From positions 1-64,000 of the forward strand of contig NIVC01004429.1 of the NCBI GenBank assembly GCA_002269645.1: a DNA stretch of 64,000 bases, given 5' to 3'. Positions 12,330-25,028 of this stretch are shown here, piece after piece (the first letter of the stretch is position 1; every line of letters starts with the position of its first letter). The position numbers and the translations under genes are program-made. This DNA is from Macrostomum lignano (taxonomy: Eukaryota). The notes beneath the pieces were generated by a model. The model was not told where the DNA came from. It saw only the letters and a program-made list of their open reading frames with translations, and did no database searches.

Positions 12330-15300
12330 ATGTCTTTCGATGCCAAACTACTGGTTGAGAAGTTGGATAGTTCCAACTACACTGTCTGGAAGTTCAAGAT
12401 GAAGAACGTCCTGATGGAGCGAGAACTTTGGGAAGTTGTTGATGGTACAGAGACACTTGCTGAGGACGCGACCAACGAGGTCAAAGTTCAGTTCAAGCGG
12501 CGTGCGAACAAAGCCCTAGCGACTATCGTATTGGCTGTTGCGGATAGTCAAATTCATCTAATTGAGGATGTAGAAACTCCGAAGGAAGCGTGGGATAAGC
12601 TTCAAGCATATTTCGAGCGGAGTTCGCTGGCAAATAAATTGTTTCTTAATCGGAAACTACAAGCGCTCAAGATGGTGGAAGGTGCATCCATGCAGGAGCA
12701 TGTTAATCAGTTCAAGGATATCGTCAAACGACTGTCGGCTATCGGGGCAGGTGTTCCCGAGGACTATCAAGTCACGATTCTGCTAAACAGTTTGCCGAAG
12801 TCATATGACGGGTTGATTACTGCCCTGGAATCGCGAGCGGACGACTTGACGATGAATTTCGTACTCGAGCGGCTTTTGCACGAGGAGTCAAAACGACTTG
12901 AACAGGAAAGCTGTGAACCTAGCAGCAATTCAAAGGCTCTGGTTGGATTCAAGAGGCAACAGCACCAGAGTGTCAGACCAAAAGTATGTTTTTTCTGCAA
13001 TAAGCCTGGTCACCTAAAGAAGCACTGTTACAAATTCAAGAATAGCCTCTCAGTGACAGGTGGATCGAGCACAAATTCAAGACCAAAGGATTTGAAGAAA
13101 TCCAACAGAAGGCATCAGGCGAGGATTGCAGACGCCCCAGCAAATGACTTAAAGGACTTTTCAGCTTCAGATGAGGAAGATTCTGCATTTCCGGCGTTGT
13201 CTATGGGCACATCATCGACAGCTAACGAGTCTAGTACATGGATTGTGGACTCAGGCGCAACGAATCACATGACTAATGATCGGACAAGTTTTGAGGAATT
13301 TGAAGATTTTTCGGTACTGGAGAACATTTCGCTAGCAGATGGACATAAGCTCGAAGCCACTGGAAAGGGAACCGTTCGGTTGTATATCAATACTGCTTCT
13401 GGTAAGAAATTGTGCGAGCTGAGCAACGTTCTATATGTACCACTTATGGAACAGAATTTGTTCTCAGTATCAGCAGTTACAAGAAAAGGCTTCCGTGTAT
13501 AATTCAGCGACGACAAGTGTCAGATTTTGAGCGCAACTGGTAAGATTGTTGGAGAAGCTTTGAAAGTTGGCAGACTGTACAAATTGAAAGGCTTTAACCT
13601 AACTAACGAGACTGCATCTGTCGCGAGAAACAACAGCATCGACCTATGGCATCAGCGCTATGGACACCTAGGTGAGCAAGACCTGAAATCTCTAATTAAT
13701 GGAAAGCAAGTGGACGGAATTGAGCTTAGCAAGGATGACGTAAAAACTGAAGGCATCAGTTTCTGCACAGCATGTGTGGAAGGAAAGCAACATCGAACGC
13801 CATTTGCAAAGGGTGAAGCGTCAAGGTCAACTGAACTATTGAGTCTAATTCACAGTGACGTGTGCGGTCCCATGAAAACTACGTCAATTGGAGGATCAAA
13901 GTATTTTGTCACATTTATTGACGACTATTCACGCTATTGCTCAGTTTACTTCATTAAAAGTAAGTCAGAAGTCTTAGAAAAATTCAAGATCTTTCAGGCT
14001 CTCGTCACGAATCAAACAGACAAGTCTATCAAGATTCTTCGGACTGACAATGGTGGAGAGTATACATCGGGAGAATTTGAGGCATTCTGTGCCCGAAACG
14101 GAATCATTCACCAGACTACAGTCCCACACTCTCCTGAACAGAACGGAGTAGCCGAGAGAATGAACCGAACCTTGGTGGAGGCAGCACGAACAATGATTGC
14201 ACATGCTCATATTGGCAAGGAATTCTGGGCAGAAGCAATCTCTACGGCAGCATATCTGCGTAATCGATCAATAACGAGTGCAGTCAACAAAGCGACACCA
14301 TATCAAATTTGGACCGGCAGCAAGCCGAGTGTTCAGCATTTGCGAATATTTGGATGCGTTGCCTACGCGCATGTCCCAGCTGAGAAACGTCACAAGTTTG
14401 ACTCAAAAGCTCGGGAAGTCAGATTTATTGGATACTCGGAAACCTCAAAAGGATATCGTTGTTTTGATTTCCAAACACGATCAGTTTTCGTCAGTCGCGA
14501 TGTAACGTTCCAAGAGTCGTGCTTCGTGAAGCAATTAGTGGAGAAGCAGGAGACACTTCAACTGAATGCAGGTACCGAACCAGCATCGTCTGATTTCAAA
14601 TGTGTTCCTGAAACTGTCGACAAGCAAGAAGTTCGGAGATCAACTCGAGAGAAGAAGCCCGTTGACAGGTACGTGGCATCCGTCGCAACACAAATTGACG
14701 AACCGAAAACTCTACAGCAAGCATTGGACAGCTCATTCTCTAAAGACTGGCAAGAGGCTGCGAACGCAGAGTACGAGTCACTGATGGAGAACAGGACATG
14801 GAAACTGGTTGAGCTACCAAAAGGACGTCAAACTATTGGCTGTAAGTGGGTATTTCGTGTCAAGTATAAGGCAGACAACTCAGTAGACAGATTCAAAGCA
14901 AGATTGGTAGTCAAAGGATACTCTCAAGAGTATGGAGTAGATTATGAGGAGACGTATGCACCAGTAGCTCGATTTACATCAATTAGAACTCTACTGGCTG
15001 TTGGAGTTCAACGAGATTGGAAAATTCACCAGATGGATGTCGTAACAGCATTTTTAAATGGCAAACTAGACGAAGAAATTTACATGGAACAACCGGAAGG
15101 ATTTGTGGTTCAAGGCAAGGAAACACTAGTATGCAAACTAGAAAGAAGTCTATATGGACTCAAGCAGGCTCCTAGATGTTGGAATCAAACTCTGCATGAT
15201 GAACTTTTAAGTCTTGACCTAGTGCAGGCAAAGTCAGAACCGTGTATCTATGCTAACTCTCAATCTGCGATCGGTGTGTATGTGGACGACATTCTATTAA

Positions 15301-16223
15301 CAGCATCTGACGACTATATGCCCGTGCTGAAGCAAGAACTGCAATCTAAATTTAAGATGAAGGATCTAGGCGAATTTCACTATTTTCTTGGAATTCAAGC
15401 TACCTGGAAGAATGGTTCATTGTTTCTAAACCAAGAGCGGTATCTAAATACCATCCTTTCTAAATTCAACATGATGGACTGCAAACCGGTATCAACACCA
15501 ATGGACGCAAGTGTCAAGTTCTACACTACACAGACCTGTGATGCTAAGGTGGACAAGACTATGTATCAGGCGGCAGTAGGAAGTCTAAACTACGCAGCAC
15601 TAGCTACACGACCAGATGTGTCATCTGCAGTGGGAGTTCTCGCGCGATATTGCTCAGACCCAACTGAACAGCATTGGAGTGGCGTGAAGCGTGTCCTGAG
15701 ATATCTAAAGGGAACCATTTCATCAGGATTGGTTTTTCAGAAGGACTCGCGTGCAATCGATCTAATTGGATATTCCGATGCAGACTGGGCTGGTGATCAC
15801 AATGACCGACGTTCTACAACCGGATACATCTTCAAGTTGGCTGAATGTCCGATTAGCTGGAGTAGCAAGAAGCAACAAACTGTAGCTTTATCGACGACGG
15901 AGGCCGAGTACATGGCACTCTCAGCTGCTACCCAAGAAGCCACATGGTTACAACAGTTACTACTAGATCTTCGCGTAGAAAGTCTCAAATACGTTACTAT
16001 CCTAGAAGACAATCAAGGCTGTATTGCTCTAGCTAGGAATCCTGTCTTCCACAGTCGTTCTAAGCACATTGATATCCGTCACCATTTCGTGCGTGAGAAG
16101 TTGGTCGGTGGAACTTTAAAGCTAATTTACTGTCCGTCAGAGGAGATGATCGCTGACATTCTTACTAAAGCACTGTCTAATGCCAAGTTTCAAGTGCTCA
16201 AGGAACTGATTCCTGTTCGTTAA
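12330..16223 (+). CDS. Copia gag-pol polyprotein interrupted by one in-frame TAA at 13500-13502
   Basis: ORFs 12258..13502 and 13527..16223 are in the same frame. Motifs: zinc knuckle CFFCNKPGHLKKHC, protease WIVDSGATNHM, HHCC (LWHQRYGH...CTAC), integrase RTDNGGEY...QNGVAER, RT YVDD and RNase H YSDADWAG. Confidence 0.95.
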
Positions 16224-16322
16224 TATAACTGCTAACTCTTTATCTAACTTTGATATTCAAGACACAATATGAACTGTTTGTACCAGTATGCACTAGTTTT
16301 TAAGCTAAACATTAAGTGGGAG

Positions 16323-16579
16323 TGTTAAAGATGCTATAAGTAATCGTTTATCTTAAAATAGTCAACTTTATATTTATAGTAAGTGAATCCAAGTTTTCCT
16401 TCTAGAATTTCTATAACAGACTTCTTAATTATATCTATGGTTTTCGACTCCCTTACCTGTACCACTAAGTTTTGTTTGAGCTACGCCAGTGCTAAATTCC
16501 ATGTTAACCCTTCTTTTGCTATCTTTCTCAAAACTCAATAAACGCCGATTCATTATAATTTAATAAGGCTTTCTTAATA
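16323..16579 (+). repeat. Copia 3' LTR (257 bp)
   Basis: Direct repeat of 11918-12175. Confidence 0.97.
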
Positions 16580-17513
16580 GAAGGTGCACAGGGGAGAAGA
16601 CAGGGAAGGCACAGGGGAGAAGACAAGGAAAGCACAGGAGGGAAGACGGAAAGCACAGAGGAGAAGACAGGGAAGGCACAGGGGAGAAGATAGGGAAAGC
16701 ACAGGGGATATTGAAGACAGGGAAGGCACAGGGGAGAAGACAGGGAAAGCACAGGGGAGATTGAAGACAGGGAAGGCACAGGGGAGAAGACAGGGAAAGC
16801 ACAGGGGATATTGAAGACAGGGAAGGCACAGGGGAGAAGACAGGGAAGGCACAGGGGATATTGAAGACAGGGAAAGCACAGAGGAGAAGAGAGGAAAAGC
16901 ACAAGGGAGAAGACAGGGAAGACACAGGGGAGAAGACAGGGAAAGCACAGGGGAGATTGAAGACAGGGAAGGCACAGAGAAGACAGGGAAGGTGCACAGT
17001 GGAGAAGACAGGAAAGGTACAGGGGAGAAGACAGGGAAGGCACAGGGGAGATTGAAGACAGGGAAGGCACAGGGGAGAAGACAGGGAAAGCACAGGGGAT
17101 ATTGAAGACAGGGAAGGCACAGGGGAGAAGACAGGGAAGGCACAGGGGAGAAGACAGGGGAGAAGACAGGGAAGGCACAGGGGAGATTGAAGACAGGGAA
17201 AGCACAGGGGATATTGAAGACAGGGAAAGCACAGGGGAGATTGAAGACGGAAGGCACAGGGGAGATTGAAGACAGGGAAGGCACAGGGGAGAAGACAGGG
17301 AAAGCACAGGCGAGATTAAAGACAGAAAAAGCACAGGGGCGAAGACAGGGAAAGCACAGGGGAGATTGAAGACAGGGAAGGCACAGGGGAGAAGACAGGG
17401 AAAGCACAGGGGATATTGAAGACAGGGAAGGCACAGGGGAGAAGACAGGGAAAGCACAGGGGAGATTGAAGACAGGGAAGGCACAGGGGAGAAGACAGGG
17501 AAAGCACAGGGAA
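16580..17513. repeat. Purine-rich ~23-bp satellite, right part
   Basis: Same unit as 10691-11917. Confidence 0.97.
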
Positions 17514-18079
17514 GAGACCACGTTTAGTAAATCAGCAAATGAAGCATCGTTAACTACAGCGATTACAATTATACAAAGCACAATGCAAATTAAAGTAAGC
17601 ATGAGTACAAATTTATAGATATATTTATTTAACGCATCGAGTCAGCCTCACAATTGGGTCACTCGGTTTCATTGGCTGCTTCTTTCAAAAAAGCAATGTG
17701 CGATAAAGTTATGACACAATAATGCAATAAGATTACAGTATACAGTATAAAGAGTTGCATTAACAGGCCCTTATGTAAGAAAAGTTAGCTAGCATTAAAT
17801 TTACATAAACAGGCTATTTATTAGTCTAGGAACAAAAATGCTGCACACCTGATGGAATAATATTTTGTTTCAGAAATATAGAAGCTGTCTTATATTATGT
17901 TGGCTTGCCTCATCAAATTTAATTGCTTCCACTTAATTAATATAGCAAACAGCTTAGCTACAGGCAATAAAGCTATCTTATATCGGCTAGAAAAAATTGA
18001 AAAATGCGACGCACAACTTCTTTTGTTTTTTTTCTGCCGGCAATCTAGTTAGAATAAGTCTACTAAAATGAAAATACCA

Positions 18080-18715
18080 ATCAATAAGCAAATCAACAAA
18101 TCAATCACTCAATCAACCAACCAATCAACAAATCAACCAACCAATCAACAAATCAATCACCCAATCAACCAATTAATCAACCAATCAACACTCAATCAAC
18201 CAACCAATCAACAATTCAATCACCCAATCAACCAACCAGTCACCCAATCAATCACTCAATCAACCAATCAATCACCCAATCAATAACCAAATCAACAAAT
18301 CAATCACTCAATCAACCAACCAATCAACCAATCAATCACTCAATCAACCAACCAATCAATCACTCAATCAACCAACCAATCAACCAATCAATCACTCAAT
18401 CAACCAATCAACCAATCAATCAACCAATCAATCACTCAATCAACCAATCAACCAACCAATCAACCAATCAATCACCCAATCAATAACCAAATCAACAAAT
18501 CAATCACTCAATCAACCAACCAATTAACCAATCAATCACTCAATCAACCAACCAATCAACCAATCAATCACTCAATCAACCAATCAACCAATCAATCAAC
18601 CAATCAATCACTCAATCAACCAATCAACCAACCAATCAACAAATCAATCAACTAATCAATCACCAAATCAACCAATCAATAACCCAATCACCTAATCAAT
18701 CAACCAACCAACTAA
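18080..18715. repeat. (AATC/AACC)n compound microsatellite
   Basis: Seen directly, just beyond the CHERP stop. Confidence 0.95.
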
Positions 18716-18746
18716 AAGCTAATAAATCAGTGGAACAATTAACTAA

Positions 18747-20381
18747 TCAATTATCCGGCTTCGAAGATTTCATCGAATCCACGTAGCCCCTGGACATTCG
18801 CGCTCGAAACGCTGTGAATGGATCGGCGGCAGCGGAGCCTCCCCGCCGGTCGCCGCCGCCAGTTGCCGAGCCAGTTGACGAACACTCCGCGCCAAGGCCC
18901 AGTCGATCTTCTGAGGACGCCGCCGGCCTGTCGAAAGCGGCGCCGCCTGCTCGTCGGGGCGCGAATCCGCCGCGCGGCCCAACAACCAGAGCGCCGATAG
19001 CGCGCGGCATCCGACTGCTCGACGAAGCCAAAGCCGATGGACGATTGACGCGGCCGGCTGACGTGAACGAAGGCGGACTGGGCGACCGCGAGCCGGCAGC
19101 AGCAACTCCGCCTTCGCCGCCGCCTGCGCCGCCTCGACTATTGGAGGCCGAACGGCTGCGGCTGCGACTAGGGCTTCGGCTTCGGCTTCGGCTGTCGCTG
19201 CGGCTGCGACTCCGGCTGCGGCTTCGACTTCTGCTGCGACTGCGGCTCCGGCTGCGACTCCGGCTGCGGCTTCTGCTGTCCCCGCTGTCACTGTGTATGC
19301 TGCGGGCTCGACGCGACAAGAAGCCGAGAGTGGCGCCGGGGCCGGCCCGGCTAGGCGGACTCGACGGGTTGCCGCCACTGCCGCCTCCGCCGCCGCCGCC
19401 GCTTCCTCCGCCGTTGCCGTCGCCGCGATGCCGCCTTTCTTTGGCTCGCTCCTCTAGCCAGTCGTCGCGCTCAAACACGCGGCCCTCCGCTGTCTCGCCG
19501 TCAGCTTTAGTAGCGGCTAGCAGCGATTTCCTAGCCCGATCCTTGGCCTTGTAGAATTCAAATAAACCGAGCCGCTCCCAGCCTTCGGAGTCTCGCGGAC
19601 TGTCGTGCGACGGCGGCGCCGAATAGGAGTCTAGTGCGGCCCGGATGAACTCGCTGATGGGATGGCGAGCGGGCAGCATGAGCTGGTCGGGATCCAGCTC
19701 TGTATAGGCGGTGGCGTGCAGCGGTATTAGCGGCACCATTAAACTGGCCGGCTGTTGGTAATAAGGCGCCTGAGGCTTCTCCGGCTTGGATATGAGAGCG
19801 GCCGGCGGCGGCAGCAGCGGCTGCGGTGGCGGCGGCGGCTGGCCGGGCGCGAACCCAGGCGGAGGCATGGAGAGGTCCGGCAGAGGCAGCAGGCCGCCGG
19901 GTTTATTTGGACCGAAATTGCTATTGGAAGCTGTTGAATTCAAAGACTGCGTAGCAGTGGAGGAAGATGCGGCGGGCACCGACAAAGGGACAGACGCAGC
20001 GCTCTCGGAGGACCTGGCGGCGGCGGCAGCGGCGGCGGCAGCGGCCTGCCCGATGATCTGCTGCACCCTGGTCCGCTGCTGCTCGATCTGGTCACGCAGA
20101 TGCTTCTCAAACTCCGTGTGCTGTCGTTGCAACTCCTCGCACTTGGCTTGACATTGGATTCGAATCTGGGACGCCTCCTGCGCCAAGTCCGACTCGGCAA
20201 GGCGGTCCTGACGCCACTTGGCGTAGGCGGCCTCGCAGTCGGAAGACAGGGCCTGAGTCACCGCCTCGGGAAAGTAGGCGTTCTGCACCCACAGTGAGCG
20301 AACCTTCTCCAGCTTCTGGGCACGTTCGGGGTCGCTTGCTACTAGCTTGTGCGCCTGGCTGAACATTGGGACTATCACCGC
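18747..20381 (-). CDS. CHERP: CHERP/SCAF6 orthologue, exon 2 (end of CID, Pro-rich region, conserved PPSHDSPRDSEGWE block, RS domain, C-terminus)
   Basis: Acceptor CCACCGCAG| followed by AVIVPM. Contains APYYQQPASLMVPL...YSAPPSHDSPRDSEGWERLGLFEFYKAK, an RS run and DPFTAFRARMSRGY, all matching recalled CHERP blocks. Confidence 0.92.
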   Translation of the reverse strand, partial: AVIVPMFSQAHKLVASDPERAQKLEKVRSLWVQNAYFPEAVTQALSSDCEAAYAKWRQDRLAESDLAQEASQIRIQCQAKCEELQRQHTEFEKHLRDQIEQQRTRVQQIIGQAAAAAAAAAARSSESAASVPLSVPAASSSTATQSLNSTASNSNFGPNKPGGLLPLPDLSMPPPGFAPGQPPPPPQPLLPPPAALISKPEKPQAPYYQQPASLMVPLIPLHATAYTELDPDQLMLPARHPISEFIRAALDSYSAPPSHDSPRDSEGWERLGLFEFYKAKDRARKSLLAATKADGETAEGRVFERDDWLEERAKERRHRGDGNGGGSGGGGGGGSGGNPSSPPSRAGPGATLGFLSRRARSIHSDSGDSRSRSRSRSRSRSRSRSRSRSRSRSRSDSRSRSRSPSRSRSRSASNSRGGAGGGEGGVAAAGSRSPSPPSFTSAGRVNRPSALASSSSRMPRAIGALVVGPRGGFAPRRAGGAAFDRPAASSEDRLGLGAECSSTGSATGGGDRRGGSAAADPFTAFRARMSRGYVDSMKSSKPDN

Positions 20382-21341
20382 CTGCGGTGGGTGATGGGGA
20401 ACGATAGATTTTTAGTTTATTGATTGCATGAGTATTTATTAACATTCATGTCAAATTTTTGGACAATTCACTTTTTTAAAAAACTAGAAATCCGACAGTT
20501 GACGTTTCCAATAACACCGAAAAATTTACGTTCTTAATAACACCGGAATATTTACGTTCTAAATAACACCGGAAATTTTCCATTTTTAATACCGAAATAT
20601 TTACATTCTTTACACCTGAAAATTTGCAGAGGTAACTACACCAAATTTGAAATTTTGTATTCTGAATGACTCAAGAAAATTTAGATTAGCTATAAACCCG
20701 GAAAATTTATATTTCAAACAAACAACTACAGCGTTCACATTTAAAGAATAAATCCGGAAAATTAATGTTACGAATAAAATACGGATCATTGCATAAACCT
20801 TCATATTTTGTAAATCCTGAATCTATTTACCTTTTTAAAGGGCCCTAGGCCTTCTGTATTGTCCTTAACATTCTTCCGTCATTTTATAATTATCTCAAGA
20901 GACCGGAGTCTATTTGAAAATCTGTTAACAAAGGAATGTACAAATAGACAATTCTCGAAACGAAACGGGAATATAAGATGAGGAATATTTGAAGATCTGA
21001 CTAATAGCTTAACAGGATTCCCACTGCCATTGGCCCGTGCTCTTGCCAGTTCTGAATTAAGAAAGAAATAGAGTGCAGCTTTCTTCAAGCGCATTTGTTG
21101 CACACACGGAAATTCTAGACAGAAAGCCTGTGCAGAGTATCGATTTTTTTATTTTAACACCTCAACACAAAAGAAAAATTCAAGACGCTTCGCTTCCTTA
21201 GAGACCAGAGAGGACTGTTGAAGGGCCAAAATTTCTTTGATCTAATTTAATTAGCTCACAATTTTTCCTGATTTATTTCTGCCTTCTGTGTTCTCATTGC
21301 AATTTTTTCTAATTGACGCTACCATCTCTTGTTCAACCTCT

Positions 21342-22490
21342 CAGTCCTTCTGCTGTTCCCCTTCCAGTCTTCTGCTGTTCCCTTCCAGCAGTCTTCTTCT
21401 GCTGTTCCCTTCCAGTCTTCTGCTGTTCCCCTTCCAGTCTTCTGCTGTTCCCCTTCCAGTCTTCTGCTGTTCCCTTCCAGTCTTCTGCTGTTCCCCTTCC
21501 AGTCTTCTGCTGTTCCCCTTCCAGTCTTCTTCTGCTGTTCCCTTCCAGTCTTCTGCTGTTCCCCTTCCAGTCTTCTCTGCTGTTCCCTTCCAGTCTTCTG
21601 CTGTTCCCCTTCCAGTCTTCTGCTGTTCCCTTCCAGTCTTCTGCTGTTCCCTTCCAGCAGTCTTCTTCTGCTGTTCCCCTTCCAGTCTTCTTCTGATGTT
21701 TCCCTTCCAGTCTTCTCTGCTGTTCCCTTCCAGTCTTCTTCTGCTGTTCCCCTTCCAGTCTTCTCTGCTGTTCCCTTCCAGTCTTCTTCTGCTGTTCCCC
21801 TTCCAGTCTTCTTCTGCTGTTCCCCTCCCAGTCTTCTTCTGCTGTTCCCCTTCCAGTCTTCTCTGCTGTTCCCTTCCAGTCTTCTCTGCTGTTCCCTTCC
21901 AGTCTTCTCTGCTGTTCCCCTTCCAGTCTTCTCTGCTGTTCCCCTTCCAGTCTTCTCTGCTGCTCTCCTTCCAGTCTTCTCTGCTGTTCCCCTTCCAGTC
22001 TTCTCTGCTGTTCCCCTTCCAGTCTTCTTCTGCTGTTCCCCTTCCAGTCTTCTCTGCTGTTCCCCTTCCAGTCTTCTCTGCTGTTCCCTTCCAGTCTTCT
22101 CTGCTGTTCCCTTCCAGTCTTCTCTGCTGTTCCCTTCCAGCAGTCTTCTTCTGCTGTTCCCCTTCCAGTCTTCTTCTGATGTTTCCCTTCCAGTCTTCTT
22201 CTGCTGTTCTCCTTCCAGTCTTCTCTGCTGTTCCCTTCCAGTCTTCTCTGCTGTTCCCTTCCAGTCTTCTGCTGTTCCCCTTCCAGTCTTCTGCTGTTCC
22301 CTTCCAGTCTTCTGCTGTTCCCTTACAGCAGTCTTCTTCTGCTGTTCCCCTTCCAGTCTTCTTCTGATGTTTCCCTTCCAGTCTTCTCTGCTGTTCCCTT
22401 CCAGTCTTCTTCTGCTGTTCCCCTTCCAGTCTTCTTCTGATGTTTCCCTTCCAGTCTTCTTCTGCTGTTCTCTTTCCAGTCTTCTGTTGT
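21342..22490. repeat. Pyrimidine-rich ~23-bp minisatellite (CTGCTGTTCCCCTTCCAGTCTT[CT]) in the CHERP intron
   Basis: About 50 variable units; source of ORFs 21288..22531. Confidence 0.96.
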
Positions 22491-23279
22491 TCCGTTTTTC
22501 TATTTATCATTTCACTTTCTTTTTCGAATAATAATTACTATTTCGCACGCAATGTTTTTATCTTGCTGATCATTTTTATGACTTCAGTTAATGCTTTAAA
22601 ATTCCGCCAAAGCAGAGCTTTTAAATAGCAAAAAGCAAATTTAAAAAAAAAGTTATGCGTTGTATTCGTTTCTTCATTCGAAAAGAGAACTGAGAAACCC
22701 TTGCAAAAAATTATGATTGCCCTGTGTCAGCAGAAAATGTAAAGAAGGGAGCAATGAAGCATTAAAAAGTTGTACAACCTTCTTGTGCAGCATTGCTTTT
22801 AGCTTTTTTAAGTCGCACTAGCATGCTAAGGAAATGCCTTTCTTGCCTGTGTTTGTCTCCACTTGTCGCGCAGGAATCACGCAAAATAAATCATGTGAAC
22901 CCCTCTTTTTCACTTCATCTCTTTGCTGTAGCAAGCAGGCTAGAGAAATAAAAGATAAAGAAACACAGTGATCCGATTACTGTTGCGCTAGCATCAGACA
23001 CTGAAATCTATTGACAGGCTTTAGGGAGGCGAGTCATTCTGCCTTCAACACACACGCACAGCTGTTGTTAATCCCCCTACAGTTGTTTGGTTCGGCTCAC
23101 CTCAAGCTTTCGGGCCTCAGTTTGAGCATTCAGCTTCCCTACCTGCATTCAGCCTCCCCATCTGCATTCAGCCTCCCCATCTGCATTCAGCTTCCCCATC
23201 TGCATTTAGCCCCCACTCAATCTTCATTTCTTATTCAATATTCATCTCCCACTCAATCTTTTCAATCAATCCTTGTCAA

Positions 23280-24070
23280 TCATCATCTCTTACTCAATCA
23301 TAATTTTCTACTCAATCATAATTTCCAACTCAATCGTCATCTACTCTATCATCATCTCTTACTCAATCATCATCTCCTACTCAGTCATCATTTCCTACTA
23401 AATCGTCATCTCCTACTCAATCATCATCTCCTACTCAATCATCATCTCCTACTCAATCTTTATCTGCTACTCAATCATCATCTCCTACTCAATCATCATC
23501 TCCTACTCAATCTTTATCTGCTACTCAATCATCATCTCCTACTCAATCTTTATCTGCTACTCAATCATCATCTCCTACTCAATCATCATCTCCTACTCAA
23601 TCATCATCTCCTACTCAATCATCATTTCCTACTTAATCTTTATCTCCTACTCAATCATCATCTACTAAAATTTCATCTCCTACTCAATAATCATCTCATA
23701 CTCAATCATCATCTCATACTCAATTTTCATCTCCTACTCAATAATCATCTCATACTCAATCATCATCTCCTACTCAATCATCATCTCCTACTCAATCATC
23801 ATCTCCTACTGAGTCATATTCTTCTCAATTTTCATCTCCTAATCAGTCATATTCTATTCAATTTTCATCTCCTACTCAAATGACCAACTCCTACTCGATC
23901 ATCAACTCCTACTCGGTCATCTCCTACTTAATTATCAACTCCTACTCAATCTTCATCTCCTATTCAATCATCATCTCCTACTCAATGATCATCTCCTACT
24001 CAATGATCATCTCCTACTCAATTTTCATCTCCTACTCAATCATCAAATCCTACTCAATCATCTCCTACTC
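23280..24070. repeat. 18-bp minisatellite (CATCATCTCCTACTCAAT) in the CHERP intron
   Basis: Tandem units seen directly. Confidence 0.93.
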
Positions 24071-24143
24071 AAGGCACATGAACTGTAACAAACATAACAG
24101 TTATACAAATCATATATACTAAAAATGAAAACACATAACTAAC

Positions 24144-25028
24144 CTGCAAAGCGCCAATCAGAGATTCTGCATTGCGTCGCCTACAATGATGCAACAGATC
24201 ATTAACCAGATAGATCAGATGCAGCCTAGGCGCGAATTCTTGTCCCAAAGCGATTGAACGAGCTAATAGAAAATTAGCAAATACTTCGGTGGCCGCTGAA
24301 TTCTGCGCACGGTCTAGCATCCAATTCTTAGCGGCGCTGATGTTCTCTTTAGTGCAAGCGTCAACTACAGGCTGAACTGCAGCGTCAATCTCTTCTAATG
24401 ACATGCTCATCACGGTGCACAGAGAATGCAATTGTTCCAGTCGGCGACGGTTAATTAACTCGTCAGATTGCTGCTCCTGCGAGGCGATTGCTGCTTCGAA
24501 TTGGGCGGTTAAATTTGTCTCGCTCTGGCTTAGCCTCTGTTCAGCATTTACTAACATCTGTTGCAGAGTCTGCTGCTCAGCCTGAGACTGTTGCTGCAGC
24601 ATAGCAGCCGCAGCGGCCGCCTGTTGCTGCTGCTGTTGAAAAGATGCAATCGGCGGACCGGATGGCGGCAGTGCCGGCGGCGGCAAACTGAATGGCGGCG
24701 GCGGCGGCGGCGGCTGAGTCGTCATCTGCATCGGCATTGACGTCATCGGCGGCTGCTGCGGCGGCTGCTGCAACGGCGGACCGGGCATCAGTGGCCGGAT
24801 TCCCCCACTACTGGCAGTGGACGATGCTGGCGGAGAGAATCTGTGTATGGCGCCTATGGCACCTATGGGCGGCCTGGGCGATTCTAAAATGCTCCCGCCG
24901 CCGCCGCCAGAGGAGTCCCAACGACTGCCACCACCAGAGCTGGACTGAGATCGGCTGCCCCAGCGACTGCCGCTCCCACTACCGCTGCCGCCATTATCCC
25001 ATTGGCTATTTGATCCCCTGGAGTGCAT
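24144..25028 (-). CDS. CHERP: CHERP/SCAF6 orthologue, exon 1 (Gly/Pro/Gln-rich N-terminus and CID domain)
   Basis: Contains QPVVDACTKENISAAKNW...RLHLIYLVNDLLHHC. Donor CAG|GTTAGT at 24143 is phase 0; the intron is 20382-24143 and the joined ORF is 839 aa. Confidence 0.92.

Larger units (their letters stand above)
11918..16579 (+). mobile_element. Full-length Ty1/copia LTR retrotransposon, 4,662 bp, with 5-bp TSD GAAGG
   Basis: LTRs at 11918-12175 and 16323-16579. TSD GAAGG at 11913-11917 and 16580-16584. PBS GGTTATGGGCCCAG at 12176-12189 and polypurine tract AAGTGGGAG before 16323. Domain order is gag-PR-IN-RT-RH. Confidence 0.98.

Noticed and set aside
18770-20445. Overlapping and antisense ORFs within CHERP exon 2
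   Set aside because: Shadow frames of GC-rich coding sequence with no independent homology signal.
10485-22531. Long Cys/Pro/Leu/Ser-rich or Gly/Glu/Lys-rich ORFs at 10533-11900, 16528-17602 and 21288-22531
   Set aside because: Artefacts of stop-free satellite units.
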